From NCBI RefSeq assembly GCF_001194135.2, contig NC_068999.1, positions 3,459,647-3,523,646 of the forward strand: 64,000 nucleotides of DNA, read 5' to 3'. The stretch comes from Octopus bimaculoides. Lineage: Eukaryota. Made by a program: the position numbers and the translations under genes. Positions within the stretch are counted from its first letter, which is position 1, and each line of letters begins with the position of its first letter. The notes under the pieces are model-generated. The model saw only the letters and a list, made by a program, of their open reading frames with translations. It had not been told where the DNA came from and ran no database searches. Positions 27,664 to 40,659 of the stretch are shown here, one piece after another.

Positions 27664-28745
27664 AACCTGTAGTGTGTAGAGCAGTAGACGGTGTATGTAC
27701 ATCTATATATCTCTCCTTTGTGTACGCGCGCGCGCGTATGTGTGTGTCCCGAATGTGAACATGTGAGGCTGGTTGGGGAGGCGCGGGAGGGGGAGCGAGT
27801 GAGCCTATGGTGGCAGCGTGTGAATATCGGTGTTAAAGAACTGACTTACTGAACAGGATGGAGGAGGAGGAGAAGGAGGGGCGGAGGTGACGGAACACTG
27901 TGTATATACATATATATATATGTATACGCGCGCGCGAGTGTATATGCATCCATACATATACATACATATATATATATATATGTATATATATATATGGCAC
28001 ACACACGCGCTATGACTAATTCAGGAGTTCCAGACGAAAGGGAGAGGTTGTTGTTTGCCGATGCCATCGTCGCACTTTCCACTCATTGGTAGCAGTCTGA
28101 TAGTTTGGCCAACTGCTAGAAATGGTAGTACAGCAGAGAATTTCTTTCTTTTTTTTTATTATTTTCCAAAACCCAAACCCGACTTCATTAAGGGATTTAA
28201 GCACCGCCACAACCACCACCACCACCGCCATTACAACACATTTACAACTCAATGCACGCACACAAACACAAGATCTTTCTCTGATTCCGAACTAAGTGCA
28301 TTAGGTAAGATAAGACACCGTTCCATCTTTCCATCGTTCTTTCTTTCTTGTGTGTGCGTGAAGCTAACTACAAGTTGCCGGTTGTTACATACGTGCATGT
28401 ATGTGTGTGTGTGCATCTGCTTTACTCCGTCCGTGTGTGTATACACCTACACTTACAAGGAGCCAATCTTTTAAGGGGGACACTGCCATAATCAGAATGA
28501 AATAATGAATCTTTTATTGATTCCATTAAAACACGAACCTATTTTCCGACGACGACGGCATTAATATAAGTGTTACTATTATTTTTTTTTTATTAGCCAC
28601 AGGGGTCTATTTACATACTACAAATGTAACCAACAGAGAAGGAACCAGAAAATATGTAAAGATATATATTGAGACAGAAGGTGAGATAGATAGATAGATA
28701 GATAGATAGATACATAGATAGATAGATAGATAGATAGATAATGTG

Positions 28746-29057
28746 CAATGGAACCTCGGTTTACGAACGCCTCTCAACACGAACGAATCGGTTTACGAAC
28801 AATTTTTCGAATATTAAACGTCTTGTGTAACGAACGCTTTTCTCGAGCAACGAATACGCAAACCGGCAACAAGCTGGGAGTATCGATAGGAGAACGTCAG
28901 TCGCTGTCTGGCGTTCGCTCAGTGCATATCCCTGTTCGAATTCGCTGTGCCTTTGTCTTGATTTTCTCATGGGGGAAAAATAGTTTCGGTTTACGAACAT
29001 TTTGAGTGACGAAGGTCATTCAGGAACGAATAAAATTTGCAAACCGAGGTTCCACTG
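28746..29057. mobile_element. Tigger/pogo-type MITE (312 bp)
   Basis: TIRs CAATGGAACCTCGGTTTACGAAC / ...GCAAACCGAGGTTCCACTG followed by TA, with internal repeated GGTTTACGAAC subterminal motifs. Confidence 0.8.
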
Positions 29058-29726
29058 TAAATTATGTATACATACACACACGTATATAAAAATGGATGTA
29101 TATATACACACATAAATACAATATACATGAAACACACACATACACACGTTCGTATGTGTATGTGTGTAATTTTCATTATGGACAACTAAATAAATTTCAG
29201 AGTTCCTGTGTCGGGTGAGGACTCCTAAATGTATGAGACACCCTCTACCTTACTTGCCTTCAATTTGAGCTCATTTAAAAAACATTTTCTTGAGGTTCCC
29301 CCCCCCCCCCAGGCTCAGACCTCTTCCCATTACCACACAACCGTAGCGGCGGCTGGCTCTGTTCTGTCCTCATCGCGGTCCTGGCTTGGGTGACACAAAG
29401 GGTCAAGTGGTTCCTTTCGTTCTTGACGAACCATTTTCCCTCCTGTCTTTCTTGTTTCAGACCAAAAGGTCTTCATATGATTTGTGCTCCCATGAATGCA
29501 ATATCAGTTGGTCCTTTCCCTGCAACAATACAATAGGAAATATCTCCCAAGGTAGTTTCGTGGTCTTCACAGGTCATCCTGACCTGAATTTTCTGCCAGA
29601 TTGAACCACTGAGGCCAAAAGTCCACATCAACACCAATAACTCTGTTCATGGCCCTTACTGTTTTTCCTGCCAATGTTACGACAACACCCCGTCATGTAT
29701 CAGTCAATGATCCCTTCAATAATTCT

Positions 29727-29940
29727 TTTCTAGTCTAAGCACAAGGCCCAAAGTTTTGGGGTGGGGGGGGCCCAGTTGATTAAATCGACCCCAGTACGCA
29801 ACTGATACTTAATTTATCGACCCCGAAAGGATGAAAGGCAAAGTCGACCTCTGTGGAGTTTGAACTCAGAGCGTAAAGACAGACGAAATACCGCTAAGCA
29901 TTTCGCCCGGCGTGCTAACGTTTCTGCCATCTCGCCGCCT
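29727..29940 (-). mobile_element. SINE family A copy (young, CpGs retained)
   Basis: Reverse complement of the family A consensus. Confidence 0.8.
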
Positions 29941-31802
29941 TCCCATCAAAAATTCTTGGAAGACACATGGAAACTTCTGTTTATGAAAAACAGAGGAATG
30001 TTATTTTTCTCTTTGCTCTTTCCAAAGTTATTCACTCGAGCAAAGAGGTACTCTCTTTTGTAACGTACCTCTTCTACATTTTTTTTTCTCGGGAACTGAC
30101 TCGTGTCTAGCAACTCTTTTTATTCCCAAATACTTGCAAATGGTCAGTTGTTGCTGCCGATGTAGTTTTTTTCGTTTTTTTTTTTCACATACACACATTT
30201 TAGATATATGATGTGCATACGTCGATATGCTTCCATTTGTGTGTGAGGATGTGCATATATATATATATAGAGAGAGAGAGATATTTGGTTTTTATCCTTC
30301 ACCATCTATGTTCCTTGTACTCAACTTTGGCTTTTCTCTGCAATGTCTCTATCGGAGCCATCAGAAGCCATTTACTGCTTCTTCTGTTCCCCGATCATTT
30401 CTGTCCTTCATGAGCCCAGTGCCAGCCAGGTGGGACATTGTGGATCCAGCCACAAACCCACGTTATCTCACCTCAACGAGAAGCACTACACATCACCATT
30501 CACCTACTTCACACTAATCCCCTACGCCCTTCATACTGCAGGCCCTTCTTTTCATGCTCCCTCCCACTCTATACTGACTGCCCTGCTATGGCAGCAGTCA
30601 ACTCGGTAACCAGGGTTTATATTTTGCATTTATTTCACCAGCTGGTTTTTAACGCCAGACCCTGCCTTGTCTATATTTTACAAACATTTTAGTTGATTAT
30701 ATTAAAGTAAACTCCTTTCATTGTAATTTTTATATATTTTAAGGGATATTAAGCTTTTCTCTACTAACAGTATAGATAATCTCAAGACATCGAAGTCCGT
30801 TTTTTTTTCTTTTCAACTCATTGTATTACACAAAGAGTTGTTGGTAGCAATACAAATAACTCCTTACATTTCAGGGATTGCAAGCTACATATTTATTATT
30901 ATTATTATTATTAATACGGAAATTTTAAGTATTTGAGAAAAAAAAAACCTTACTATCATTTTGAGTTTTCAATGAAACAAATAAGAGCCGACCTACAAAC
31001 GAAGCCATCAGCTGCTTTAGATGCCAAAATATGGAAATTGTCGAAGTGTAGGACAATGGTTTTGCTATGGAATGGTGAAACTATTATTTCGTTTTTTGAA
31101 AAAGCAACGATATATATATATATATATAATACACATAGATAGATAGATGGATGGATAAATAACTATTTATAGAGAAATTCTGTGTTACTTTTAATGAAGT
31201 TGATCCAGCAACCCTTGGCTACACACACGACATCCCATGGTTCCTAATATTTAAAATATAGAAATCTATTCTCGAGCACGTCCCCCTCCTCACACTCATA
31301 CAATAATAAACCTGTACCCACGTCCATAAAAAATGGATGCCCAAGAATAAATAGTCTGTTCTACAAACGGGAGTCTTTTAATTGAATGGACTAACAACTC
31401 CAAGAAGAACAATGAGTCTATAAGCAGAGTTAAGGAAAGATTTGAGGAGAGGAATATATAAAAAGAAAGAAAAAGAAAGGGTGGTGATATCATTGAAAAG
31501 GTTGGCCAGATCAACGATTGGAATGGTGATAAAGTCTACTTAAAAAACTATCAAAAATATGAGGGACAGTGTGCTGTGTTGTTTGTGAGAGAACAGGCAG
31601 AATGGAATAGGATGGAGGGGAGATTTAGTTGGGGTTAGCGTTGAGATGTGTGAATATGTTGGAGGTTAGGAAGAAATATGGAAGATAGCAAAAAGATAAA
31701 GGGAAGAAGAAACAGTGGGGCTTCTATGTGTGTAAGAGAGAGAGGGAGAGAGAGAGAGAGAATATGTACGTACATAGAATACAGGGATTCTTTTTATAGT
31801 TC

Positions 31803-31838
<36 letters not shown>

Positions 31839-32489
31839 GGAGATGTCTATCTATTTATATATGGCGAGAGAGAGGCAGACAGGTACATAAGACAGATAGA
31901 TAGATAGATAGATACATAGATAGATAGATTAGATAGATAGATAAGATAGACAGACAGATAGATAGATAGATAGATACAGACAGACAGATAGATATACAGA
32001 CGGACAGACAGACAGATAGATAGACAGATAGATAGATAGGCAGATAGACAGCCAAATAGATAGATAGAGAGAGAGAGGCAGATAGATACTTTACATGATA
32101 TAAATATATTGGTACTGGAGATTCCCTCGATTATTCAGTTCAGGTAAACACTTATCCTAAGCCTCATCTAATTTTTAAGATTTTACAGTAAAACCATTCC
32201 TTAAACCAATTATGATGTACCTTAGGAGATTCGCCCGTGTCTACGCATCACCAACACACACACACACACACATACAGACATGCGTGTGTGTGTGTGTGTG
32301 TGTGGCGGTGTAGGGATGGCTCACCAGTGGTGCGTGTAGTAGTTTCCACCATGTCTACGATGTTAACCAACAAGAAACCTAGCGAGATGATCATAAAAAT
32401 AGATACATCACACTTCTGCCCTTATCTATAAATAAGATATATTTCTCTCTGATCAAACATCCGTCCTCGTACTTCTCCCTCCCTCTTTC

Positions 32490-32537
<48 letters not shown>

Positions 32538-33841
32538 CATTTGCGGTGTGTGTATTTGTATATATATATAAGTACATGAGTGTATGTGTGTATATATGTG
32601 TATATATATAAACACACATGCACATAGAATCTACACTTCTTTGTATTTAGTCCTTTTAAAACTTGATGCTAGATGTTCAAAAGCAGTAATTATCTTTTGA
32701 GAACTCTGTATAAAGGTGTGCAAGAATATGCACACACACACACACACACGCATAAGTATGAGTGAAAATGTGTGCGCGCATACACACACACACGCAATTA
32801 TTATACACAAATTTATTACATACATGCTTGTGTGTATGCGTGTAAGTATATATGTACAGACATACATGAGCGAGTATTCCTTAGTGTGTTCATGTATATC
32901 GTATACAAGTGCGTATATAATGTGAATATATGTGTGTGCGTGTGTGTGTGTATGTGAGAGCGAGAGATTAAAAGTAATGGAAAAGCATAGAACCACAAGT
33001 GTGTATCACATACATAGGTGCTTGTTGAAATGTTATCTGCGTTTGTGTTTGCATTTTGGAAGTTGGATTCAACGCCAGACGATTGAGTTTTGAGGGCGCG
33101 CAAAATGCCCATCGCCTCAGACGTGTCCTAGGCCACCACGAAACTTAAAGCAAATGTAGAGCTGAGTAAAACAATTATCAAACTCCAAACAAATGTGTAC
33201 GGTGGTACTTTCTTTCGTTTGTTCACTTACGAGTGTGTGTGTGTATACACACATAAAACTGAATAAGTTGCGATCAACAAGGAGTAGAAAGGAACATTTA
33301 ATTGTAATCACTACAATTGTTTCCACGCAACGTAATTCTCCCTATACGTTATTATATATATATATCCTGGAACATCTTCTACGGTGTAGGAAAATAAGTG
33401 TGCTGCTGGCTTGGACGCCAGTCTTTCGTCAAATGCCGGTTGACTTCTCCAGTATCCCAGGTAACTTCACAACTCTACCTGATTCATAAACTGAGAACAG
33501 TTTCCACAGAAATATTAACTTGAACCATCAACTGATCTGTTTTTACAGAAGGTATATATATATACACGTCTTAAAAGTAACGTCTATGCAATTATGTGTA
33601 TATATATGTATGGACACACAAATATATGAATACTGACATATAAACGCATAAATACATACGTGTATACATGTGTGTATATATATATATATACATACATATA
33701 TGTATAGATATACAGAACAAACATACACTTTAGATTATACACACACACATGTATACATATACATGTATGTACATATATGAATATTTATATTACCCTAGAT
33801 ATATATACACACACGCATAAAATAAATAAATAAAATACAGG

Positions 33842-33877
<36 letters not shown>

Positions 33878-34328
33878 CATAGTCATCAGTAGGTACAGCT
33901 TGGTATCATGCACCAAATTTTTACGGATTATTTTAGATACTCATGCTGTTGTCGCAAGCAGATATAGACAACCTTTCTACTCTCTCACTCCAGAGCCGGC
34001 GGAGCATCCAGGATCTAACAGCTGGAAATAGGGGAGGGAGGGAGAGAATGCTGCACAGTCACCAAGCTGGTACTCATTACAGCTGACTAGGCTGGTGCAA
34101 CACGGAAAGAAGAGACTTGCTCAAGAGTTACGATGTGTAACCCAGAACAAAAACTGGTCCCGCAATCATACGACCCGACCACGGTAAAGCACTTGGTTCC
34201 GCTAACCTAAGTCTCTATACATATATAACAAACATAGACGCGCGCGCGCATACAGTATAGGTTTGATAGAACATACAAGAGAAATATAACACATTACATG
34301 AGTGCATGTATGTATATATGTATGTATG

Positions 34329-34367
<39 letters not shown>

Positions 34368-35483
34368 NNNNNNNNNNNNNNNNNNNNNNNNNNNNNNNNN
34401 NNNNNNNNNNNNNNNNNNNNNNNNNNNNNNNNNNNNNNNNNNNNNNNNNNNNNNNNNNNNNNNNNNNNNNNNNNNNNNNNNNNNNNNNNNNNNNNNNNNN
34501 NNNNNNNNNNNNNNNNNNNNNNNNNNNNNNNNNNNNNNNNNNNNNNNNNNNNNNNNNNNNNNNNNNNNNNNNNNNNNNNNNNNNNNNNNNNNNNNNNNNN
34601 NNNNCCCCCCCCACCAAGCAGGCTATTTACATGCTAGAAATAACAGCCAAATCTCACAAAACTAGTGTTAGGGTTTGAGTTAGGGTTAGGTTTACCCTGT
34701 GGATCTATATAAAAACCAGGGGGGGGGGGAACGAAATTTTGAAATTGAGATCTTTGAAAATTTTTTTTCAGAATCGGAATCTCCATAGCCTAAAACGTGG
34801 GATTCTGTAAAAAAAAATTTTTTAAATAAGGGGGGAAAGATTCAGATTACATATAGTCCATCTGGACCCGAATAATAAATGAGTATATGCATATATACGT
34901 GCATGTATACACAGACACATAAATAGATATGTAGATAGGTATATATTTCGAAGGAGAGATAGGCAAATAGTGTGTATATCGGAAGAAAACCAAGTAAATC
35001 AAAATTAATAGGGATTTACGGATAGTCTACTCTCCACACACACACACACACAGTCATAGATTAAATACAGTGTATGTTTGTCACAGTATATATGCGATAG
35101 ATAGATAGATAGTGAAGAAGTGCGTGTGACAGAGTATGCTAGATAAACAGAAAGATAGAAATAGATTGACAGATATGAAGTAGAACCGACAAATAAGATA
35201 TAGAGAGACAGACAGAAAGAGAGATAGGCTGTACGGAAGAGTGGAAACGATACATAAAAATCTTTACCTGTGATTCATTTAGACGGTGTAAAGAAAAAAA
35301 GATTGTTTTCTCATTGAAACACAATGGAGCATTATAATGGTTTAATTGGAGAGTATAGGGTATAGTTTAGCTGTAGTCATTCTGAGTTGTTACAATAAAT
35401 ACACATGGGTTTGTGGTCGAGCCTGTTTAGACAACAAGGCAACCGACTCAAGAAGAATATAATAAACACATTAGAATACGTAC

Positions 35484-35670
35484 CCAGGATCGGTGAATCG
35501 GGTACATGACTTCGATTAAATGTGATTTCGTGGAAACTCTGCCTACAGCTGTTGGTTTGTGATCTACTCGGAGTGCGACAATATCCATGGCTTATAAGAA
35601 CGGCTATAATGATCCAACAGAGCGGCTTTAGCCGGTCTGGTAAGACAGGACAGGGAGAACGGGCCGCCAT
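35484..35670 (-). CDS. GPC3/5: Glypican (GPC3/5, Dally-type) coding exon 1: MAARSPCPVLPDRLKPLCWIIIAVLISHGYCRTPSRSQTNSCRQSFHEITFNRSHVPDSPIL+G (phase 1)
   Basis: Strong start context (acaagATGGCGGC) and a signal-peptide-like hydrophobic stretch (LCWIIIAVLISHGYC). The mature N-terminus aligns by eye with human GPC3 ([22 protein letters not shown]) and GPC5 (LPDSPRAG). The donor TGG|GTACGT at 35484/35483 falls after the first base of that Gly codon, as in GPC3 exon 1. The ORF-track extension beyond the donor (TYSNVF...) is intronic read-through. Confidence 0.8.
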
Positions 35671-35900
35671 CTTGTGGTGGAGCTGTTGCTGGTGGTGGAA
35701 GAGGAGGAGGGGGGAATCGAGCTGCTGCTGCTGCTGCTGCTACTGTTCTTGTTGCTGCCGTTGCCTCTCCTCCACATCAACAACAACAATTACTACTACA
35801 ACAACTATTGCTGGTAAGGCAGGCAACAACTATTACCACCACCAGGAGCTCGGTTCTACTGGTCTAAGGTTGAGAGAGGATGAGTAGGAGTAGGAGAGAT
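35671..35900 (-). other. Probable 5' UTR / TSS region of the glypican gene, containing (CAG)n and (TGT/AGT)n triplet tracts
   Basis: Non-TE sequence directly upstream of the ATG, merging into a pyrimidine-rich (minus-strand CT) tract at about 35870-36000. TSS position not determinable from sequence. Confidence 0.5.
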
Positions 35901-36067
35901 AGAGAGAGAGTAAAAGGAGAGACAGCGACAGAGAGAGAGAAAGAAGTTATAGCGAGAGCGAACGATTGAGAGAAAGGGGGAGATGGGGGAAGAGAAGACA
36001 AGAGTTATATATGTGTGTGTGTGTATATACGTGTGCATATGTATGTGCACGTACGTTTCTATATGTG

Positions 36068-36101
<34 letters not shown>

Positions 36102-36949
36102 GGGAAGTGCACGAGCGCTTACTTATATAAACACCTATATGAGTGTGTGTGTGTGTGTGGAGTAAAGTTAAAAAATGGGGGGAGACACGGGAAGAACACG
36201 CAATGTTATTATTGTTAGTGCAGTTGTTATTGTTGTGATCACTATTACTCTTTCTCCCTCACCGTTTTTACTCTCTCTATATTTATCTTTCTAAACGAAG
36301 GGGAGACGGAAGCTATCACCCTTGTTCTCCTCCTCCTACTCTATCACATTGTTTCGCTCCTTTCCCTCTCTCTCTTTCCTACACGTTTTCCCTCTCTAAC
36401 ATTGCCATATCACATTCAAGGGAGCATCTCACCCTTCTCCTCCTATAGTCTTACCTTACTGCTCTTCCTCCTACTCTCTCGCCTTGTTCCCAAGTCTTCT
36501 TCCACCTTCTCCTTTACTCACTCTCACTTCACCCTTTGCACCCTCCTCTCTCACAAACATATATATATTTATATATAGACACGCACGCAAACACACAAAC
36601 ATACACACACACGCACACGTCCTCTTCCTTCTACCTTTATCGTTTTACACTATTATCTTCGCCTCCCCTTCAATTCCTCCCCTAATCTACTCCCCCTCTC
36701 CTCACTCCCCAAATATCGCGCTGGCAACACAACGTCTTAATAGACTCCAGTGCGACCCTTACACCTTTTTAACACACGTATGCATGCACGTAAATAAACA
36801 CACGCATATATATATATATATTAATACATATGCGCACGCATGCATACACATATCTATACACATACACGCACACAGGCGCGAACATATAATCATATCTGTA
36901 TGTATGTGTGTGTGAGTGTGAGTGTGTGTATGTGCATGTATGTATATAT

Positions 36950-37260
36950 GTACGGTGAATACATACATACATACATACACACATACACATATATACAGAC
37001 ATACGTACACACACACACATATATATATACACATACACATATATACAGACATACGTACACACATATATATGTATATGTATATACATACATACACACACAC
37101 ATATATACAGACATACGTACACACATATCTATGTATATGTATATATATATACATATATACATACACACATACACATATATACAGACATACATACATACAT
37201 GTAGATAGACATGCATATATACACACAAACACTCATACACATACATTCGCACACATGGGT
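36950..37260. repeat. Compound (AC/AT) minisatellite with ~40-bp higher-order units
   Basis: Repeated ACATACACATATATACAGACATACGTACAC blocks. Confidence 0.7.
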
Positions 37261-37737
37261 ACATACACACGCATACACACAGAACACTGAATTCGCCCCT
37301 CCCCCCGCCTCACAATCATCGTGGTGTTTAAATGACTGGTAATACAACGGCATACGCCTGAACGGGACACCAATTTATCACAGGATTTGACACCCATAAC
37401 CACCCACCCCTCCCCCTCCCCGTCCCAATTGCCATTGGTAGTTATTTACATCTTGAATGCACTGGAAGAACATGAAGTGAAATGCATCGGTCGAGAACAC
37501 AACGCATCACCTAGCCTGGGAATCGAAATCGCTATCTATCGCTCGTGAGAGCAACAGCCTAACGACAAGGCCGTGTCCCTTCACGAGAAAGTTGAATGTA
37601 TGATTAAACTGATGCACAGACGGGCTTGTATAGCATATCATGCATATCCTACACACTCATACAAGTCTGTCCGTTCATTGAGCAATCCGAACACGAAACT
37701 TGAAGTAGCTCACGTATAACTTTTGTATTTATTAAAT

Positions 37738-37775
<38 letters not shown>

Positions 37776-37791
37776 TATATANNNNNNNNNN

Positions 37792-37826
<35 letters not shown>

Positions 37827-38099
37827 TCGCCGGATGCATGTGTATACATGTGTGTGTGTGTACATACATACAGAGAGAGAGATGGGGGAGAGGGAAATGC
37901 ATAGATACACACACACTCTCTCTCTCTCTCTCACACATACCTTGCTTCTTGTTGTGATTAATACGGCAAAACCGTTCAAGGAATTTTCAAATCTTCTCGT
38001 CCATGACACCCATTCAAAAACTCATCTACTTCCTTTACACGTGACCTCAAACACACAACTTCATACATCGGCTTTGTTTGGACGCCAGGAATGAGAGAG

Positions 38100-38460
38100 T
38101 CTCTCTAAATGACGTTGTTCTGCGAGGTCCATTCTTTGGGCAAGGTTTTCCAATATTCTCTCTTAAAATCAAAATCTTTCTACGTGTCTCGAAGGAGAAT
38201 CCTGAAAGGCATCTTTTCTCTCCTCCCCGTGGACCTGCCTTGAGTTAACTTCCTCTAAAAATGGCTGTTTCATGCAAACGAGATGATTTGGAACTTTTGT
38301 CGTAAGGTGTATATGCTTAACATAAAGGAATAGGATTTGGAAAAATTCCTTAATGTGCTGATTTGTCATTTTATTCCCATAACTCTTCTGAGCGAAATCA
38401 CATGAAAGCAGTGCAATTCTTTTTGGTTCTTATCGAATGTTGTCCTCGATTCTGGATCAT
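38100..38460 (-). mobile_element. Highly degenerate RTE-like LINE C-terminal remnant
   Basis: ORF 38169-38369 ends KQPFLEEVNSRQVHGEERKDAFQDSPSRHVERF, loosely like the RTE motif KQ.FYGEL..G.R..GG.KKRFKD.LK..LKRF. Confidence 0.35.
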
Positions 38461-39369
38461 GGAACAATGCTGGAATAAATACCATTTTTAATCCTAAAGA
38501 CAAACACATTTACGCTCGCTGCTCCTACACGTTTCATCGTAATCTCTCAAACGCTAAATTGGATTTTGGCTTCTGTGTTGATGTTGCTTTCTATAGCAAA
38601 TAAACTTGTCTAGTATTTAAACTTACCAACATAAAACATCTCCTGTTTTCAAAAATTTGCTCATTTACATAAATATGAAAGTCATTATATGTCACTCTCG
38701 GCTCACACTGAGACAGAAATCCCGACTTCGATCTGTTTGTTTGGAGTCCAAAGGTTTGACAGGCTGCTGCTGTAGGTGAAATCTCTATCAGCTACCAAAG
38801 CAGTAAACTCTAGTTTGTAAACAAATTAAAATTTTGTGACAGACTGAGAGTTATAAAGATTAGAGTGATCTCTTCTGGGTTAGATTTAAAGGTCAAGGTC
38901 ACAGTGTGAGCAAGTGTCAAGGTCACAATGTAACAAAGTGTTAGTAAACTGAAGAGAAAGTTGATTAACGTGGTGGGGTTTAAGACAGAGCCTTGTTTCG
39001 ACACCACTTAGGACCTTAAACAGCGTTGATTGGTCACCGTTATCAAAAACATAAGCCAATATTTCTCAGTTTCTCAAAGGCTCTGCATTTATAGAAACGT
39101 TAATGGCCTCCTCGTGTATTGAGGTGACGGTAATGGAAACTGTGTCAAGACGTTCCAGATTCTTCCACACAATTTGGTGCCGTTACCATTTAAAGGGATA
39201 GCCTCGAAGTCTAAGAACAATCAAGATCATTCGCATTGTCACAGAAATGCTGCGCAACTGGGGAAATCTCAGATACACGGTGGCCCTCCTTATAAACAAA
39301 TTGAGACCAGTCATAGACCCAAAATACAGAAATTCAGCGTGACACAGAGTGTGACAAGGCTGGCCCCTT

Positions 39370-39674
<305 letters not shown>

Positions 39675-40200
39675 TCCTCTTTACTCCAGTAAATACAGAA
39701 GACAGAAGAACCTTCCAGAGAATAAGTCAGGTGACAGTGGAAGCAACATGTATCATATTAGAATAAAACTAATAATAATAAAAACAAAAATAAAAAAACA
39801 AAAACAAGGAAGAAACCATCATCAATATTCTGAAGAACCAAAATTTATTGGCAGACATCAAACTACAAACAAAGGATTCTGAATGAAGAAGAAGAAGAAA
39901 AAGAAGAAATACGGTGGGGAAAAAATATGGAACGAAAGAAAATAAACAAAATCTAAAAGAGAACCGAAGCTAAAACAAACATGCAGACTTACAGACAGAC
40001 AGCAACAATAATAACAACAACAACAACAGCAACAGCAACAACAACAACACCATGAACTAACAACGCGAAGAAAACAATTCACGTTTTGTTACAAGAAAAT
40101 TCAACAAATTGAAGAAAATTTTTTTCCTTGCTTTAGTTACAAAGTACTGCAATAATATTACAATATTATTTATAAGCGCATGCGCACTCGTGTGTGTGTG

Positions 40201-40237
<37 letters not shown>

Positions 40238-40627
40238 CCTGCACATGTATATGATAATATGTATGCGTGTGTATGTATATATGTGTATAAATGTGTGTAT
40301 ATATATATGTACGTACATGTATGTATGTATGCATGTGTGAGTGTGTATGTGTGTTTTGGAATGCTAACGGTGAAAGCACTGAATATATAAACTAGAATTT
40401 ATTTATTCATCCAAACCCAGAGTTGAACTTCATTTTGACCTCAAGGCTTGTGTTCGCGCGCGCGCGCGTTTTTGTGCATGCGCGTGTGTGCGTGTGTACG
40501 CGCGCATACAAATACGCACATTTTCATTTATACACACACGCAAATATACGTACGTACATACTGGCATATACATCTCCATCATCATCATTACCACCACCAC
40601 CATCACCACCACCATCACCATCACCAC

Positions 40628-40659
<32 letters not shown>

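Larger units (their letters stand above)
1..35483 (-). other. Probable first intron of the glypican gene (>35 kb, continues beyond the window start)
   Basis: Donor at 35483. No downstream minus-strand exon with the expected xDLxVC...TCC motif was found by eye; N gaps could hide one. Confidence 0.55.

Noticed and set aside
29461-29551. Strong plus-strand acceptor followed by an open frame (TKRSSYDLCSHEC...)
   Set aside because: Weak donor, no recognisable protein, and it sits in LINE-like degenerate sequence.
34665-34700. TTAGGG-like units (also about 41838-41870)
   Set aside because: Only 2-3 imperfect units inside interspersed repeats; not a telomeric array.
35377-35483. C-terminal 35 aa of the 97-aa minus ORF
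   Set aside because: Lies beyond the GTACGT donor; intronic read-through.
35522-35887. 121-aa plus-strand ORF
   Set aside because: Antisense shadow of the glypican exon and triplet repeats in its UTR.
39120-39190. Imperfect hairpin GGTGACGGTA...TGCCGTTACC
   Set aside because: Only about 10 + 5 bp paired with large internal loops; not convincingly pre-miRNA-like.
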